DNA of 35,603 bases from a virus (taxonomy: Duplodnaviria; Caudoviricetes), in the IMG/VR virus record IMGVR_UViG_3300035105_000087, positions 1 to 35,603 of that record. One strand, given 5' to 3'. The translations under genes and the position numbers were made by a program. Of this stretch, positions 6,920-17,226 are shown piece after piece; the first letter of the stretch is position 1; every line of letters starts with the position of its first letter. The notes below the pieces were generated by a model. It was not told the DNA's origin and did not search any database. It saw only the letters and a program-made list of their open reading frames with translations.

Positions 6920-9900
6920 ATAAAAGTCCCTTTCTTTTTTGCGGTCTTTTTGATCGCATATTTCCCGAATAAAAACTCTCTGAAATCCCCTGACCCGGAC
7001 AGCGCGGCGTCAATCACATACCACAACTGCAACGGTACAAGACCTGTCATAAGTCCAGCCCCCTTGACTCCGTGTTTCAGCGCGTGTTCAGCCTTCTTTT
7101 TTCGAGTCGATTTTTTTGATTCCGTGATGGCCTGTCGTGCATACCTCATGGAAACACCAACTTCGGCAGGACCGGACAAACCGGACGTCGTGATATCACT
7201 GCCCCAGTCGAACATCGCCAACCGCACGACATCCCGCATTCCGATCATACCGCCGCCTCCGTATCCGATAACCCCCTTCAGGTATTCTTCAGGCTCTTTT
7301 TCCGTTCCGAATGATCGAATGAAAGTCGCCATCAGACCTGGCACAATCAACAGCCATCCAACTCCGGCTGTGAAATCCACAATATTTGGTATTGTTGCGC
7401 CACGTTTCTTGGTCTTGCGGATATGGTTAGTCATCTGGTTGTGGTAGTTTGAATAATGCGTATAGAACATTGTGAAAAGTTTTTTCCACTCGGACCCCTT
7501 AGATACCTGAGCAAGGTCTTTCACACTTCCAGATGGCTGTGTTCGCCGAACCACGCCGTCAGCGTACTTGACAGACTGCTTCACGTTCCCACGTGTTTTG
7601 TTCAGCATCTTATTGTAGGCAGCCCACCAGGTAGGCAGTGTCGTCGCGATGTCAACGCCACGGATCAGCGCGAACAACATATTCCCCGAGCTAGGTTTGT
7701 TTTTCAGAAGAGCTTCCATGTTGTCCGTTTCAAGCCAATTCCTGACCTCCCGATCAAAAGAGTTCTGCCGGAATCGCATCTGCTTGGACAGCCCCATGAT
7801 TTTTCTGTACTTGTCGGCGATCCTCGCCGGGTTATGGTAGAAATCAAGCAATCCCTTGAGAGCGTTCAGCGCTCCGACCTCATAAATGGTCTGAGTATAC
7901 GAACCGGCCTGTAATGCCGACACCGAAAGCTTCAGCCCGAGGATGGCCATCGTTGAATTGCGCCGGAGCTTCCCGACGAATCCCTCTATCGCATCTTTGC
8001 CGATGCCTTTCGGGTTCGCAACGGATTTTAACCAGGGCTGGAACTGCTTCCAGCTTTCCTCGCCAACGGCCTTTCGTATGGAATCTGACAGAATCGAGGA
8101 CCGCAACAGCTTGGAAACGTCGCGTACAGCAGGGGCATGAGTAATATAATGGTTGACATGGTTCATGTGGTTCATCATCACCTTGAAAAAATCAAGACTC
8201 ACCGCCTCTTTACCACCCACGCGCTTGATCGTGAACCCTTTTTCTACCTGTATTCGCTCGAAGATGTCCTCAAACATATCAGCGGTCTTCTCATGGAATT
8301 TCAATTGCTTTGAAAGGTTTTTGTCCGTTACAATAGGCCAATACCATTCGCCCTCGACCTTGACCGGGCGCTCTCCGGTAAGTTCCTCGGTGACCCTCGC
8401 GATGTCGTCCCACTTCGAGTTGATTAAATCTGCAATTTTACGGACAAACTTTTTTTCGTTTGCCGTCAATGCATTCTCGATGTCGTTTAGGTTTTCGATT
8501 GAAAAATTCCCGCCTTCAGGATGTACCAGCCTCGCAATGTTTCCGGCGTTCCCCATGTTCGCGTACACGGCCATCATCTGTTCCCGATTTAGCTGGAAGT
8601 CCCCGAAGTCCACGACCTGATATCTGATGCTTTTCAATTTACCATCACGTTCCAGAAGTCGCATCGCGTTCGATATCTTCTGTCCATCCTCGAATGATCG
8701 TTGAGCCTCGTCGTTCCACGCTTGTTGAATAGGATCAATCAGGTAATCCTGTACGACTCCCTCTTTGAACCCGTCAAGCTCCCTTGCAATAAACTCGACC
8801 TTTCGATGTTCCCCGAACACGTCCTTCATGTACTGATATGCTTTATTTATACCTTCTTTTTTCCGCTCCGGGATACGCGGCCCGACTTGTTCCTCAGGAG
8901 GGGGGACACTGTGCTCCTTCTGGATCGCACTAACCATTTGGCCCACAGCATCATCCAGAGAAGCCTTCCGGTTTTGCGTAAGAAACTTGTTGCGTTGTCT
9001 CCCAAGATGAACGGTCTGCTTGATCGCGGAATGAATGTTCCTGAGAGTCGGCAGATCGATCTGACTGATACTGACCTTTTCGGCCATTTTAAGCTCTTGC
9101 TCAAGCCAGGGCGGCACAATCTCGCCGGCGTCGCTAAGTTCCTGCACCCATTCACGGATGCTTTTCCGGTTCTCAATGGTTTTTTTCGACCGCCTGACAA
9201 GATCGAGGTTTTCAAGGATTGAATTCACGCGGTCACGATATGTACCAGGAATGCGACGCTTGACCAAAGACTTAATGGATTTGACGATTCTTTCAACTTC
9301 TTTACGGTCCTTGATCTTCTGAATACGATCGCCCTGTTTTTCTTTCAGAGACTGTATTCGTTTCTTCTGTGTCTCAAGACGTTTTTCAACAGTGCTTTTG
9401 AGCCGTGAATCCGCTTCTTCACGAAGCCTTTTGATTTTGTCCAGATAGAATTTTCTAATGCGCTTTTTCTCTGATTTCGAAGCAGAAACCATACGCTTAC
9501 GTTCACGCGCATACTTCTCCTTGAGTTCCCTGATCTTCGCGGCATTTTTGCGTTTCAGTACACCCGCCTCTTGTGCGGCTTCTCTGACGGCCTTGTCAAA
9601 TCTGTCCCAGTTCGCGATACGACCGGTACGTTCAATCTTTATCGCGCCTTCAAGACTCTGAATTTCTTTCTTGAGGTTACGTATTTCTTCAGTATCAGCC
9701 TTGCGCTGTTCAGGGAGAACATCTTTCAAAATGCTCTTCTTGATGCGAGCCTCAAGTTTCTGCCAGGTCTTTTCGGGGATGATAGGACGTCCCTCGTCGG
9801 TGTCGGAAACTTCAGGGATGGCTGACTTTTTGCGAACCTGCGCAGCGGTTCTTTCCTCTGTGACAGGCGCCCACTGCGTCTTGCCTTCGCCGGCCTGACG

Positions 9901-11871
9901 GTACATCTCCTGAATCTTTTCCGGTATTTTCGCTCCTCTGATCTTCCGAATTCTCCCGATGAGTGCTTTCAAGGAGTTCTTCGCTTTTGCGAACAGCTTG
10001 CGTATCCCACCGGCTTTCTCGTGAATTTTCTCTGAGAAGAAGAAATCGCGCCCCTCTTGGGCGAAGTGTTCATCAACAGACCGTTGGTCCCCGGTCTCTT
10101 CGTGGTAGTTCTCAAAGGCTGTGCGGTCCTCTGCGCTCATTCTGGAGAACCCACGGTGATACCATTCCTCGACCATCGTGTCGGCATCGTGTCCCTGGTA
10201 CAGGTCAATCGCTGTCCTGAGAGCGTCTTCATGGACCTTCGTAACCGTGCGTCCAGTGATTGCGTAATCCGATGCGTCTTCGCCCTCAAGTCCTTCGTTT
10301 TTAAGAATTTCTGGTGTGGCTTCCAGGACTTCACGAGACACGCGAATCGTGGAATCACGGTCGAAATCAGGAGCAATGTTGATCAGGGTTTTTGCAATAG
10401 CCGCCGCTCCAGGGTCCATTTCCCCGGACGTTTCCTTCTGCTGGATGTACTCAATGGTGTTCGTGGCTTTCTTGGATTCGGATTCAGTCCACCCGAGTGA
10501 CCTGCGTTCAGTTTGAATGCGTTCCTCTAAGTCAGTGATTTTCTGGTCGTAATCCCTGACAGCGGCTTCCGATGCCATTTCCCCATAATTGTCGATGTAA
10601 GCCTTCTTGTTCTCTCGAACGGTCTGAAGCTCTCGTTCAGCACTCTGGATTTTTCTGCCGATCTTCTCCCGAACATCCCTAATATCGGCCTGCTCTCGCT
10701 TTTTCAGTTCCGATACGCGGTCCTCGTAATAGGACCGAAGGTTACTCTCTTCGGCCCCGCCTGATTTCATGTCTTTCTGCCGTTTTTTCTCCAAGCTCTC
10801 ATGCTCTGAACGATATTGCTTGCGGACATTCTGGATTTCAGGGGCGATGGCTGATTCGGCTTCGTTCATTTCCATGTCCTGCTTCTCTCTGATCTGCTGT
10901 CCCTGAATTTCCCCGAGTGTATCTGTCATTACAGCAGTTGGGCCGCCTACAAGGCTCCCAACAAGCGCTGATTTTCCTGCACGTTTCCATACATCAATCT
11001 TCGACAAATCTTCTCCGGTCGCGTAGGCCTGAATGATTTCTTGAATTCCTTCCTGGAGACCTTCCCCGAATCCCCCCTTTGCGAATTGCCCCAAAACTTG
11101 CTTGACCGTCGTTCCAACGCCCTTCCCGCCGAAATATCCTGCAACGTAGTTCGTCGGAGCAAGCACCATAAGATTGAGAGCGAACGCTTTGCCGAATGCT
11201 TTGTGTGCAGCGTCTTCATCTCCTCCTGTCATCTGCAATACCTGTTCAGCCACGCTTCCTGCTTCCGTGAATGCTTCAAGACCTGTCATAGTTGACAACC
11301 CAAGAAGCTGTGCCGCCCTAGTCGATACGGTAAGTGCCCTAGCCAGGCCGGACGCACCGCCCCCCATACCAGCAAACAGCGCCATTGATCCAATAGCATT
11401 TCCTATGTTGTTGAATATGTCCGGGTTTTCCGTGGCGTAGGCTTCCTGTGCGGCATTCCCGACCTCCGTCAGAACGTCCCCGAGCTTGCCGACTCCCAAA
11501 TCCTTGTCGAGATGCTTCTTCGCTAAACTGTTAACTGTCCTGAATCCACCGCCAAGACCAGACACCACCCCGGCACCACCGGCGGCAATATCTTTGCCTC
11601 GCTCGTATGCCTCGTCCATAAGCGATGGAATGATGTTTTCGAGTATCCCCTCGGCCTCTTCCTCGTGACGATAGAAATCCTCTCCACGGTCTTTAGGAGC
11701 AGGGGGAGCATTGGATAAGGACTGCTCACGAATCCTCGCATTCGTCTTGTTCGTGCGCATGTCGTCACTCTCTATCACCCGGTCAAGTTCTGCCAGCGGA
11801 TCGATGTCTTTTTCCGTGGATTCCGAGAACGTATCCAGGTCTTTCAGAGCTGATTCAATGTCGTATGCCAT
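6916..11871 (-). CDS. Large internal virion/DNA ejection protein (1651 aa)
   Basis: Gly/Ala-rich hydrophobic segments, long coiled coils, helical C-terminus; third of three genes after tail module as in podoviruses. Confidence 0.75.
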   Translation of the reverse strand: MAYDIESALKDLDTFSESTEKDIDPLAELDRVIESDDMRTNKTNARIREQSLSNAPPAPKDRGEDFYRHEEEAEGILENIIPSLMDEAYERGKDIAAGGAGVVSGLGGGFRTVNSLAKKHLDKDLGVGKLGDVLTEVGNAAQEAYATENPDIFNNIGNAIGSMALFAGMGGGASGLARALTVSTRAAQLLGLSTMTGLEAFTEAGSVAEQVLQMTGGDEDAAHKAFGKAFALNLMVLAPTNYVAGYFGGKGVGTTVKQVLGQFAKGGFGEGLQEGIQEIIQAYATGEDLSKIDVWKRAGKSALVGSLVGGPTAVMTDTLGEIQGQQIREKQDMEMNEAESAIAPEIQNVRKQYRSEHESLEKKRQKDMKSGGAEESNLRSYYEDRVSELKKREQADIRDVREKIGRKIQSAERELQTVRENKKAYIDNYGEMASEAAVRDYDQKITDLEERIQTERRSLGWTESESKKATNTIEYIQQKETSGEMDPGAAAIAKTLINIAPDFDRDSTIRVSREVLEATPEILKNEGLEGEDASDYAITGRTVTKVHEDALRTAIDLYQGHDADTMVEEWYHRGFSRMSAEDRTAFENYHEETGDQRSVDEHFAQEGRDFFFSEKIHEKAGGIRKLFAKAKNSLKALIGRIRKIRGAKIPEKIQEMYRQAGEGKTQWAPVTEERTAAQVRKKSAIPEVSDTDEGRPIIPEKTWQKLEARIKKSILKDVLPEQRKADTEEIRNLKKEIQSLEGAIKIERTGRIANWDRFDKAVREAAQEAGVLKRKNAAKIRELKEKYARERKRMVSASKSEKKRIRKFYLDKIKRLREEADSRLKSTVEKRLETQKKRIQSLKEKQGDRIQKIKDRKEVERIVKSIKSLVKRRIPGTYRDRVNSILENLDLVRRSKKTIENRKSIREWVQELSDAGEIVPPWLEQELKMAEKVSISQIDLPTLRNIHSAIKQTVHLGRQRNKFLTQNRKASLDDAVGQMVSAIQKEHSVPPPEEQVGPRIPERKKEGINKAYQYMKDVFGEHRKVEFIARELDGFKEGVVQDYLIDPIQQAWNDEAQRSFEDGQKISNAMRLLERDGKLKSIRYQVVDFGDFQLNREQMMAVYANMGNAGNIARLVHPEGGNFSIENLNDIENALTANEKKFVRKIADLINSKWDDIARVTEELTGERPVKVEGEWYWPIVTDKNLSKQLKFHEKTADMFEDIFERIQVEKGFTIKRVGGKEAVSLDFFKVMMNHMNHVNHYITHAPAVRDVSKLLRSSILSDSIRKAVGEESWKQFQPWLKSVANPKGIGKDAIEGFVGKLRRNSTMAILGLKLSVSALQAGSYTQTIYEVGALNALKGLLDFYHNPARIADKYRKIMGLSKQMRFRQNSFDREVRNWLETDNMEALLKNKPSSGNMLFALIRGVDIATTLPTWWAAYNKMLNKTRGNVKQSVKYADGVVRRTQPSGSVKDLAQVSKGSEWKKLFTMFYTHYSNYHNQMTNHIRKTKKRGATIPNIVDFTAGVGWLLIVPGLMATFIRSFGTEKEPEEYLKGVIGYGGGGMIGMRDVVRLAMFDWGSDITTSGLSGPAEVGVSMRYARQAITESKKSTRKKKAEHALKHGVKGAGLMTGLVPLQLWYVIDAALSGSGDFREFLFGKYAIKKTAKKKGTFI

Positions 11872-12728
11872 TATTCAAGCATTCTCCTGTAGTATTCGAG
11901 ACGCCTGGCCGATTTTAAATGCGCCTTGCTTTTTTTCGAGAAGGCCAAGCGTTGTTTCGGAGTGAGTTCACTCCATTTAATCAACCTTTCTTCAGCGTTT
12001 TCACCAAGTTCGTTTCTTGCTTTTTCAATGACCTTTTCGTGATCGACGTTTCGTTTGCCTGAATCTTCCGGGATACTGTTCACAACATCTGCGACGTTCT
12101 GGATCCCACTTGCGAGCTTTCTTGGAGCTTGAGATACGTCATACGCTGTTTTGAGAGCTTTCCCGGCAAACCTTACAGGGCGTTTTCCGAGATCCCACGC
12201 CTTTTTCAGCAAACCTGAATCGTCTTCCTTTTCCAAATTTTGCGCGACGAACTGGTCCATGCGTCCTAATTCTTCCTGCGGATATCCGGCAAGCTCGAAA
12301 TTCTTCCTTACTTCCGGCCATTTTTCCATGGTGAGCGGATCATCCTCGTCAGATATCGCGCTCCCGAGGTCTCCGTATATTGACCTCCGCTGTGTTGGCG
12401 TCAGCAAGTCCTCTCTGCTTTCTTTTTTTTGTTTAAAGAGCAGTTTCGCTTTTTCAAGTGCCGTTTTGTCTTCATGACGCTTCTGTTCAGCCAGCATCTT
12501 GGCTTCCCAGTTCATTTGTTTTTGAGCGTCTTCCTTCGCCTTGTTCATCATATCCAGCTTCGCAAGCTCCATCGCTCGCTTTTCTTTTTCTCGCTCACGC
12601 TGTAGCTTCGCCATTCTGTAAGCGTCTTCACGCCTGCGCTCACGAGCCTCTATTTCTGCGGCGGTCTGACCGGTTTTAAACCCGGCATCATATGCGACCT
12701 CACCGCCAAATGTGTTAATAGTAGGCAT
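11871..12728 (-). CDS. Putative ejection protein
   Basis: Helical charged protein, Cys-free, synteny. Confidence 0.55.
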   Translation of the reverse strand: MPTINTFGGEVAYDAGFKTGQTAAEIEARERRREDAYRMAKLQREREKEKRAMELAKLDMMNKAKEDAQKQMNWEAKMLAEQKRHEDKTALEKAKLLFKQKKESREDLLTPTQRRSIYGDLGSAISDEDDPLTMEKWPEVRKNFELAGYPQEELGRMDQFVAQNLEKEDDSGLLKKAWDLGKRPVRFAGKALKTAYDVSQAPRKLASGIQNVADVVNSIPEDSGKRNVDHEKVIEKARNELGENAEERLIKWSELTPKQRLAFSKKSKAHLKSARRLEYYRRMLE

Positions 12729-12733
12729 TCAGA

Positions 12734-13849
12734 TTACCTCCCGAGGTAGGAAATACCACTGCGTTTTAATGGATTGTTCGCAAACACAATGTCGCCTTCG
12801 TCATTGATGTAATTTCTGTCCCGTGATTTCTTCTTTTTCTCTTTCTGGTTCCCAGAAACATCGTAATGAATCCCAGAATTCCCTCCGGCTTTTACCGGGT
12901 TGAAATAAAAGAGTCCACCACCACCGCCACCTCTACCCTCGGCCTGACCAAGCTGGTTGAAGTATTGGCTTCCGGGGTCGTACTGATAGCCCATTTGAAC
13001 GTCAGCTTTCCCGCCCGCCAAAGACAGATCGTTTTGGTTGAAGTACCCGAGACGAGTTGCGAGATCACCGGTAATCCCCGCCATGGAGGACGCGAGGCCG
13101 CGCCTCTGGTTCAGGCGGTTGTAAAAGTCTTCACGATTGGCCGTGCGAACGTCCAACTCAGTCTGTATAGGAAGAAGCGCGGACTGCAACCCGGCATTCC
13201 TGAACAGGTTCATCCGGCGACCCGCCGTTACACCTGAATCGATATCCGAAAAACCAGATGCAAGATTTTGTGCCTGTGCCGCGATTTCAGCTTTTCTATT
13301 AGCGATCATTCGCCGCTTGTCCTTGTCGCTGATCAGGTCGCCTTTCCCCGCAAGCTCATTAATCATCGGCTCGTAATATCCAAGGGATTTTTGAGTGAGA
13401 TTTCTCACATCCTGTTCGCGTGAAGCCATTCGCTTTCCGGCCTGATCAAAATATCCAAGCGCTGATTTTTTCGATGCCTCCTGCTTGCGCTTGGCTTCAT
13501 TTGCGGCGCGTTCAGCTTTTTCCCTGTCGGTCAGAGGCTTTTTTTTCGCGCCCATGTACGCAAGGCCGTCAATTTTAGACGGCATATACCCCGGCAATCC
13601 CCGTGCCTGATCTGTCCCGATATGCGGCGTTTGACTCGGCAGTCGGTTTGTTTCACTCTGAATCGTGGGTTTCATTCCGTTCCAGGTTCCCTGATAAAGT
13701 TGGGTTTTGGATCTCACCCCACGCTCGGGACCTGCAAACCCAGTAATGTTTCCACCACCGGGCAGTCGGGTCAATCGACGATTCGTGATCGTCTTTTTCT
13801 TTTCGTAAACGGGTTTCCCGTCCACTGTAATCGTCGTGCGCCTCGCCAT
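12734..13849 (-). CDS. Putative ejection/DNA pilot protein
   Basis: Low-complexity G/A/Q-rich helical, Cys-free, synteny. Confidence 0.55.
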   Translation of the reverse strand: MARRTTITVDGKPVYEKKKTITNRRLTRLPGGGNITGFAGPERGVRSKTQLYQGTWNGMKPTIQSETNRLPSQTPHIGTDQARGLPGYMPSKIDGLAYMGAKKKPLTDREKAERAANEAKRKQEASKKSALGYFDQAGKRMASREQDVRNLTQKSLGYYEPMINELAGKGDLISDKDKRRMIANRKAEIAAQAQNLASGFSDIDSGVTAGRRMNLFRNAGLQSALLPIQTELDVRTANREDFYNRLNQRRGLASSMAGITGDLATRLGYFNQNDLSLAGGKADVQMGYQYDPGSQYFNQLGQAEGRGGGGGGLFYFNPVKAGGNSGIHYDVSGNQKEKKKKSRDRNYINDEGDIVFANNPLKRSGISYLGR

Positions 13850-13873
13850 CTCATCACCTCCCGGTGTATATAT

Positions 13874-14623
13874 TCAAGGATAACTTAAAATGCTTCCTGC
13901 CCGCCATGTGCCGTTCGTGCAGGTGCCATCATAACCGTTTCCGCTTTGATCTTTCGCTGTTTCCCCGTTCGCCGCCGTGCCGTCACCGCCGTCGTCTAAT
14001 GGAAAATATCCGTCAGGATCAAGCCCCGCCTGCTCTCCATAATACCGCATTCGTGAGCTATAAATCGCCGCGATTTGTGTTGCAGTCAGGACAGAGGAGT
14101 AAATTTGAAGATCTTCTATGAGGCCCTTAAATATATTATTAGAATCAACCGCATTTCCTCCGATTCCTAAATCGCTATTATTGACATCGATATCATCCGT
14201 ATCGGATTTCGTCTCATAGAATTGTCCATTTATATAGAAATCACAGTCATCGGTACTATCACTATATGTCAAAGCCACGTGATACCATCGTCCCAACGTC
14301 AAACTGCTCCCCGTACCGTAGCACGTCACCCAATTCGCCCCATCATAAGCAATGAACCTCAAACTTGTTTCAGTGCCTGAATCCTGATTAAGATATAGAC
14401 TGTAATTTACATCACTGGCGCCAAACCCGCCCTTAATTGCGATGTAGTTCGTACTGTATGTCGAATTGTAAACAGGTTTGATCCAAGCACAGATAGATAC
14501 TGCATCTGGACAGTCTATAGAATCCCCACAGTTTATAAACGCCGAACTGCCATCCCCCTCCCATGCCGCGAAACACGTCCATGCGATTAAGCACGATAAA
14601 ATGAATACGAGAAATTTATTCAT
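13874..14623 (-). CDS. LamG/concanavalin A-like domain protein with signal peptide (putative receptor-binding protein)
   Basis: Start MNKFLVFILSCLIAWTCFA|A overlapping upstream stop; SICAWIK, WYHVALTY, FYING, FKGLIEDLQIYSSVLT LamG motifs. Confidence 0.85.
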   Translation of the reverse strand: MNKFLVFILSCLIAWTCFAAWEGDGSSAFINCGDSIDCPDAVSICAWIKPVYNSTYSTNYIAIKGGFGASDVNYSLYLNQDSGTETSLRFIAYDGANWVTCYGTGSSLTLGRWYHVALTYSDSTDDCDFYINGQFYETKSDTDDIDVNNSDLGIGGNAVDSNNIFKGLIEDLQIYSSVLTATQIAAIYSSRMRYYGEQAGLDPDGYFPLDDGGDGTAANGETAKDQSGNGYDGTCTNGTWRAGSILSYP

Positions 14624-15155
14624 CAGCCTGCCCTGCTTCGATAAGGTTTTGCACAGCGGCCACAAGATCAGACCAGTCACGGTTCGGTAATAATTCAATA
14701 TTCGATCCAGAGGCCGCATTTACCTGTGCGGCAATCTCGTTCACCTTGCTCCGAGTTTTCACCAATGAGTTCGTGATCAGCTTCAGAGCCGCACGAATCA
14801 GTTTTGATCGCCCATCGTTCGCCGAGATATACCCGATCGCTTCAGCACGACTGGTCGTTACCTGCGCCGCCTCTGCAGCCGCCTGCTCTGCTGCAGTAAT
14901 CGCGTCCTTCTCGGCTTGTGAAAGTTCCGTGAGTTCGCCGTCAACAACACGAAGCCATTTCGTTGACGTGGAAACCAAGATGTTCCGTACCGGGATATAC
15001 TCCGCATCCTCGTTGCGGTAAACAAGAACACGATCACCCTGAACAGCATTTCCGGTCAATCTTGCGGATGTGACCTTGCCTTCTTCATCGTACACGATGG
15101 ACACCGCCCCGAACGTCGAAACGCAAAATAACAGCATGGCAAGAAGTTTTTTCAT
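14616..15155 (-). CDS. Signal-peptide protein, tail-fibre assembly chaperone-like
   Basis: MKKLLAMLLFCVSTFG|A; KWLRVVDGELTELSQAEKDA then Ala-rich helix; directly after fibre gene. Confidence 0.55.
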   Translation of the reverse strand: MKKLLAMLLFCVSTFGAVSIVYDEEGKVTSARLTGNAVQGDRVLVYRNEDAEYIPVRNILVSTSTKWLRVVDGELTELSQAEKDAITAAEQAAAEAAQVTTSRAEAIGYISANDGRSKLIRAALKLITNSLVKTRSKVNEIAAQVNAASGSNIELLPNRDWSDLVAAVQNLIEAGQADE

Positions 15156-16873
15156 CAGCTTTGCTCCTCTAAAATAACACCAAGAATTTCGACGTCATCC
15201 GTGGCGTCATCTGCAGTTAACACGTCTCTCATCAAATGAAACCTGCATATATCGCCAGCCGCAATTTCGTCGGCCTGTGTGACTGTAAAAGTAATTTGCG
15301 CCACCCTCGGATATCCAGCTGGTTGATCCGTTGCGAGGTCATGGTCAACTGTCTGCACGGAATCGTATCCGTCCGAATTGAAGTCCTCGCTGTCGGAACT
15401 CGGGGTAGTCGCCATGAACTTCCCGTCAAACTCAACGTCTTTGTCCCCGCTCTGCGTTGTGGCACAGGAAAAAACAATCGTAACCAGGATATCGCCCCCC
15501 GCGTAATCGTTTCCCATAATGAACTGCCAAACGACTTCTTCGTCCGTGCTGTCATCGAAAAGCCCTTCCCATGGACGTTCTCCGCCGTCAATCGCCATCG
15601 GGTTCGTTATGTCACCGCCACCGAGTTTCCCGCTTTGAATAGGCAAGTCCAAACGCCAGAGTCCAGCACCGCCGCCGCTTGTCTCTAAATCATCCAATTT
15701 TTGCGCCACCTCCTGAACAGTATCATCGTTCCCATCGAGATTCCCGTCGAAGCCGCTTGCATCAACCGGTACATCAGCGGCGCTTACCTCCCCGGCACCT
15801 GTTCCCCAATTAATATGCGCGTCATCTATTGAATCATCGACGTACATATCGGAGTCGATGCTGTTGGCTTCACCGCCCTGAACGAAATCTGAAACATCGG
15901 AAAGCGTCGAATATAAACTCGCCTCATCGGTAAGCACCGGCTCATACACCCCAGAATGATTATGATCCCCTGCCGCGACCTGCGCCGCCCCTGTCCCCAC
16001 GTCCCCGTTCGTGTTCAGGTTTTCGTAGGTAACGCCGGACGCCTCGATGTATGTTCCGTCGCTTGACGTGTACACGGAAACACCAATCTGCGTTTCAAGC
16101 TCCGCTTCGGAATCGAGTTCCGCTTCCGTAATCACGTCCACCATCGAAAGCCCCGCCGCACCGTCGCTCACCGGAGCCGTTCCTGCGCCACCTGCGGTTG
16201 TCATGCTCTCAACGTTGTCATCCGTCACGTCGTCGTCGTCTAAAGCCCCGTCGTTGTTCGTATAAACATCCGAGGCATCTGAAACCTGTGTTTCAAGCTG
16301 TGCTTCAGTAAACGCATCAACATCGGTTATGACATGATTGTGCGAATCATCCGCAACGGTCGCCGTGCCGTCCTCGGCTATCGTCAAATCACCTGAAATG
16401 CTCTTGTTCTGCCAATTATCAGTAGCGGCCTGATATATCAAGACTTGCGCCGCAACATGGGAAGCAATCGCGACGTTCTGCAAATCGTCAATATCGTCAT
16501 CCGTCACGTCATCGTCATCAAGGGCGCCGTCGTTGTTGGTAAAAACGTTCGTGACATCGGCAAGGTCGCCCTCAAGTTCAGCCTCGGACGTTGCGCCTCC
16601 GCCGCTGTTGAGTTCCGCGAGAGTCAGCGCGCCGGATACCCCGTCCTCAAAACACATATTCCCGGAACCGTCCTTGTATATCTGCGTCGATGAATCCACG
16701 AGCCGCAAATACGAAGTGTAAACGTAATCGAAGTACCCATTCAACCATCGCTTGGCGGAAGTGCCGATCCCGCCCTCGCTGTCCGCACGCGGAACGATGC
16801 TTACCGTCGCCGCGTAGATGGACAGTAACATCATCACAATCAAACAGATAAATATCGGTTTTTTCATCATCAT
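15155..16873 (-). CDS. Acidic tail fibre-like protein with signal peptide and internal repeats
   Basis: MMMKKPIFICLIVMMLLSIYA|A; IVP...IGTSAKRW-x-x-GY fibre motif; ISGDLTI-x-x-DG-x-ATV, HNH motifs; beta-rich C-terminal head. Confidence 0.75.
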   Translation of the reverse strand: MMMKKPIFICLIVMMLLSIYAATVSIVPRADSEGGIGTSAKRWLNGYFDYVYTSYLRLVDSSTQIYKDGSGNMCFEDGVSGALTLAELNSGGGATSEAELEGDLADVTNVFTNNDGALDDDDVTDDDIDDLQNVAIASHVAAQVLIYQAATDNWQNKSISGDLTIAEDGTATVADDSHNHVITDVDAFTEAQLETQVSDASDVYTNNDGALDDDDVTDDNVESMTTAGGAGTAPVSDGAAGLSMVDVITEAELDSEAELETQIGVSVYTSSDGTYIEASGVTYENLNTNGDVGTGAAQVAAGDHNHSGVYEPVLTDEASLYSTLSDVSDFVQGGEANSIDSDMYVDDSIDDAHINWGTGAGEVSAADVPVDASGFDGNLDGNDDTVQEVAQKLDDLETSGGGAGLWRLDLPIQSGKLGGGDITNPMAIDGGERPWEGLFDDSTDEEVVWQFIMGNDYAGGDILVTIVFSCATTQSGDKDVEFDGKFMATTPSSDSEDFNSDGYDSVQTVDHDLATDQPAGYPRVAQITFTVTQADEIAAGDICRFHLMRDVLTADDATDDVEILGVILEEQS

Positions 16874-17226
16874 TCCTTTGGCATTATATCACCGTTACCA
16901 TCCAGTTCGTAATTTTTATCGAGTATTGTAAAAGACGCAAGTGGTTGAAGATCATTGTTGCCGTCTTCCTCGAAGCTTGTATCAATACTCAGACCATCAA
17001 CTGGCATCATATTACTATTGGCATCAAGCTCGAAAAGCCCACCTGAATAAAACCTGATTTCCTCAAGCGCATCTTCAACGTTCGTTGAATCGTACAAATT
17101 TTCATCATCATCAATACGAACGCGCTTGGCTTTTGTCGTGCCTGCATTCGCGATGGACTCGAAGGCTGCCCAAAAAATGCCAAGCCACACAATGAATATC
17201 ACGATTCTTAATTGACGAACGGTCAT
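16870..17226 (-). CDS. Small signal-peptide/N-anchor tail protein
   Basis: MTVRQLRIVIFIVWLGIFWAAFESIANA|G; STNVEDALEEI fibre motif; three F/YE-x-D-x-N-x-x-hMP repeats. Confidence 0.65.
   Translation of the reverse strand: MTVRQLRIVIFIVWLGIFWAAFESIANAGTTKAKRVRIDDDENLYDSTNVEDALEEIRFYSGGLFELDANSNMMPVDGLSIDTSFEEDGNNDLQPLASFTILDKNYELDGNGDIMPKE

Noticed and set aside
13874-16873. Lipoprotein signal peptides
   Set aside because: Cys residues lie within the hydrophobic cores without a canonical lipobox; SPase I sites fit better, though prediction software should confirm
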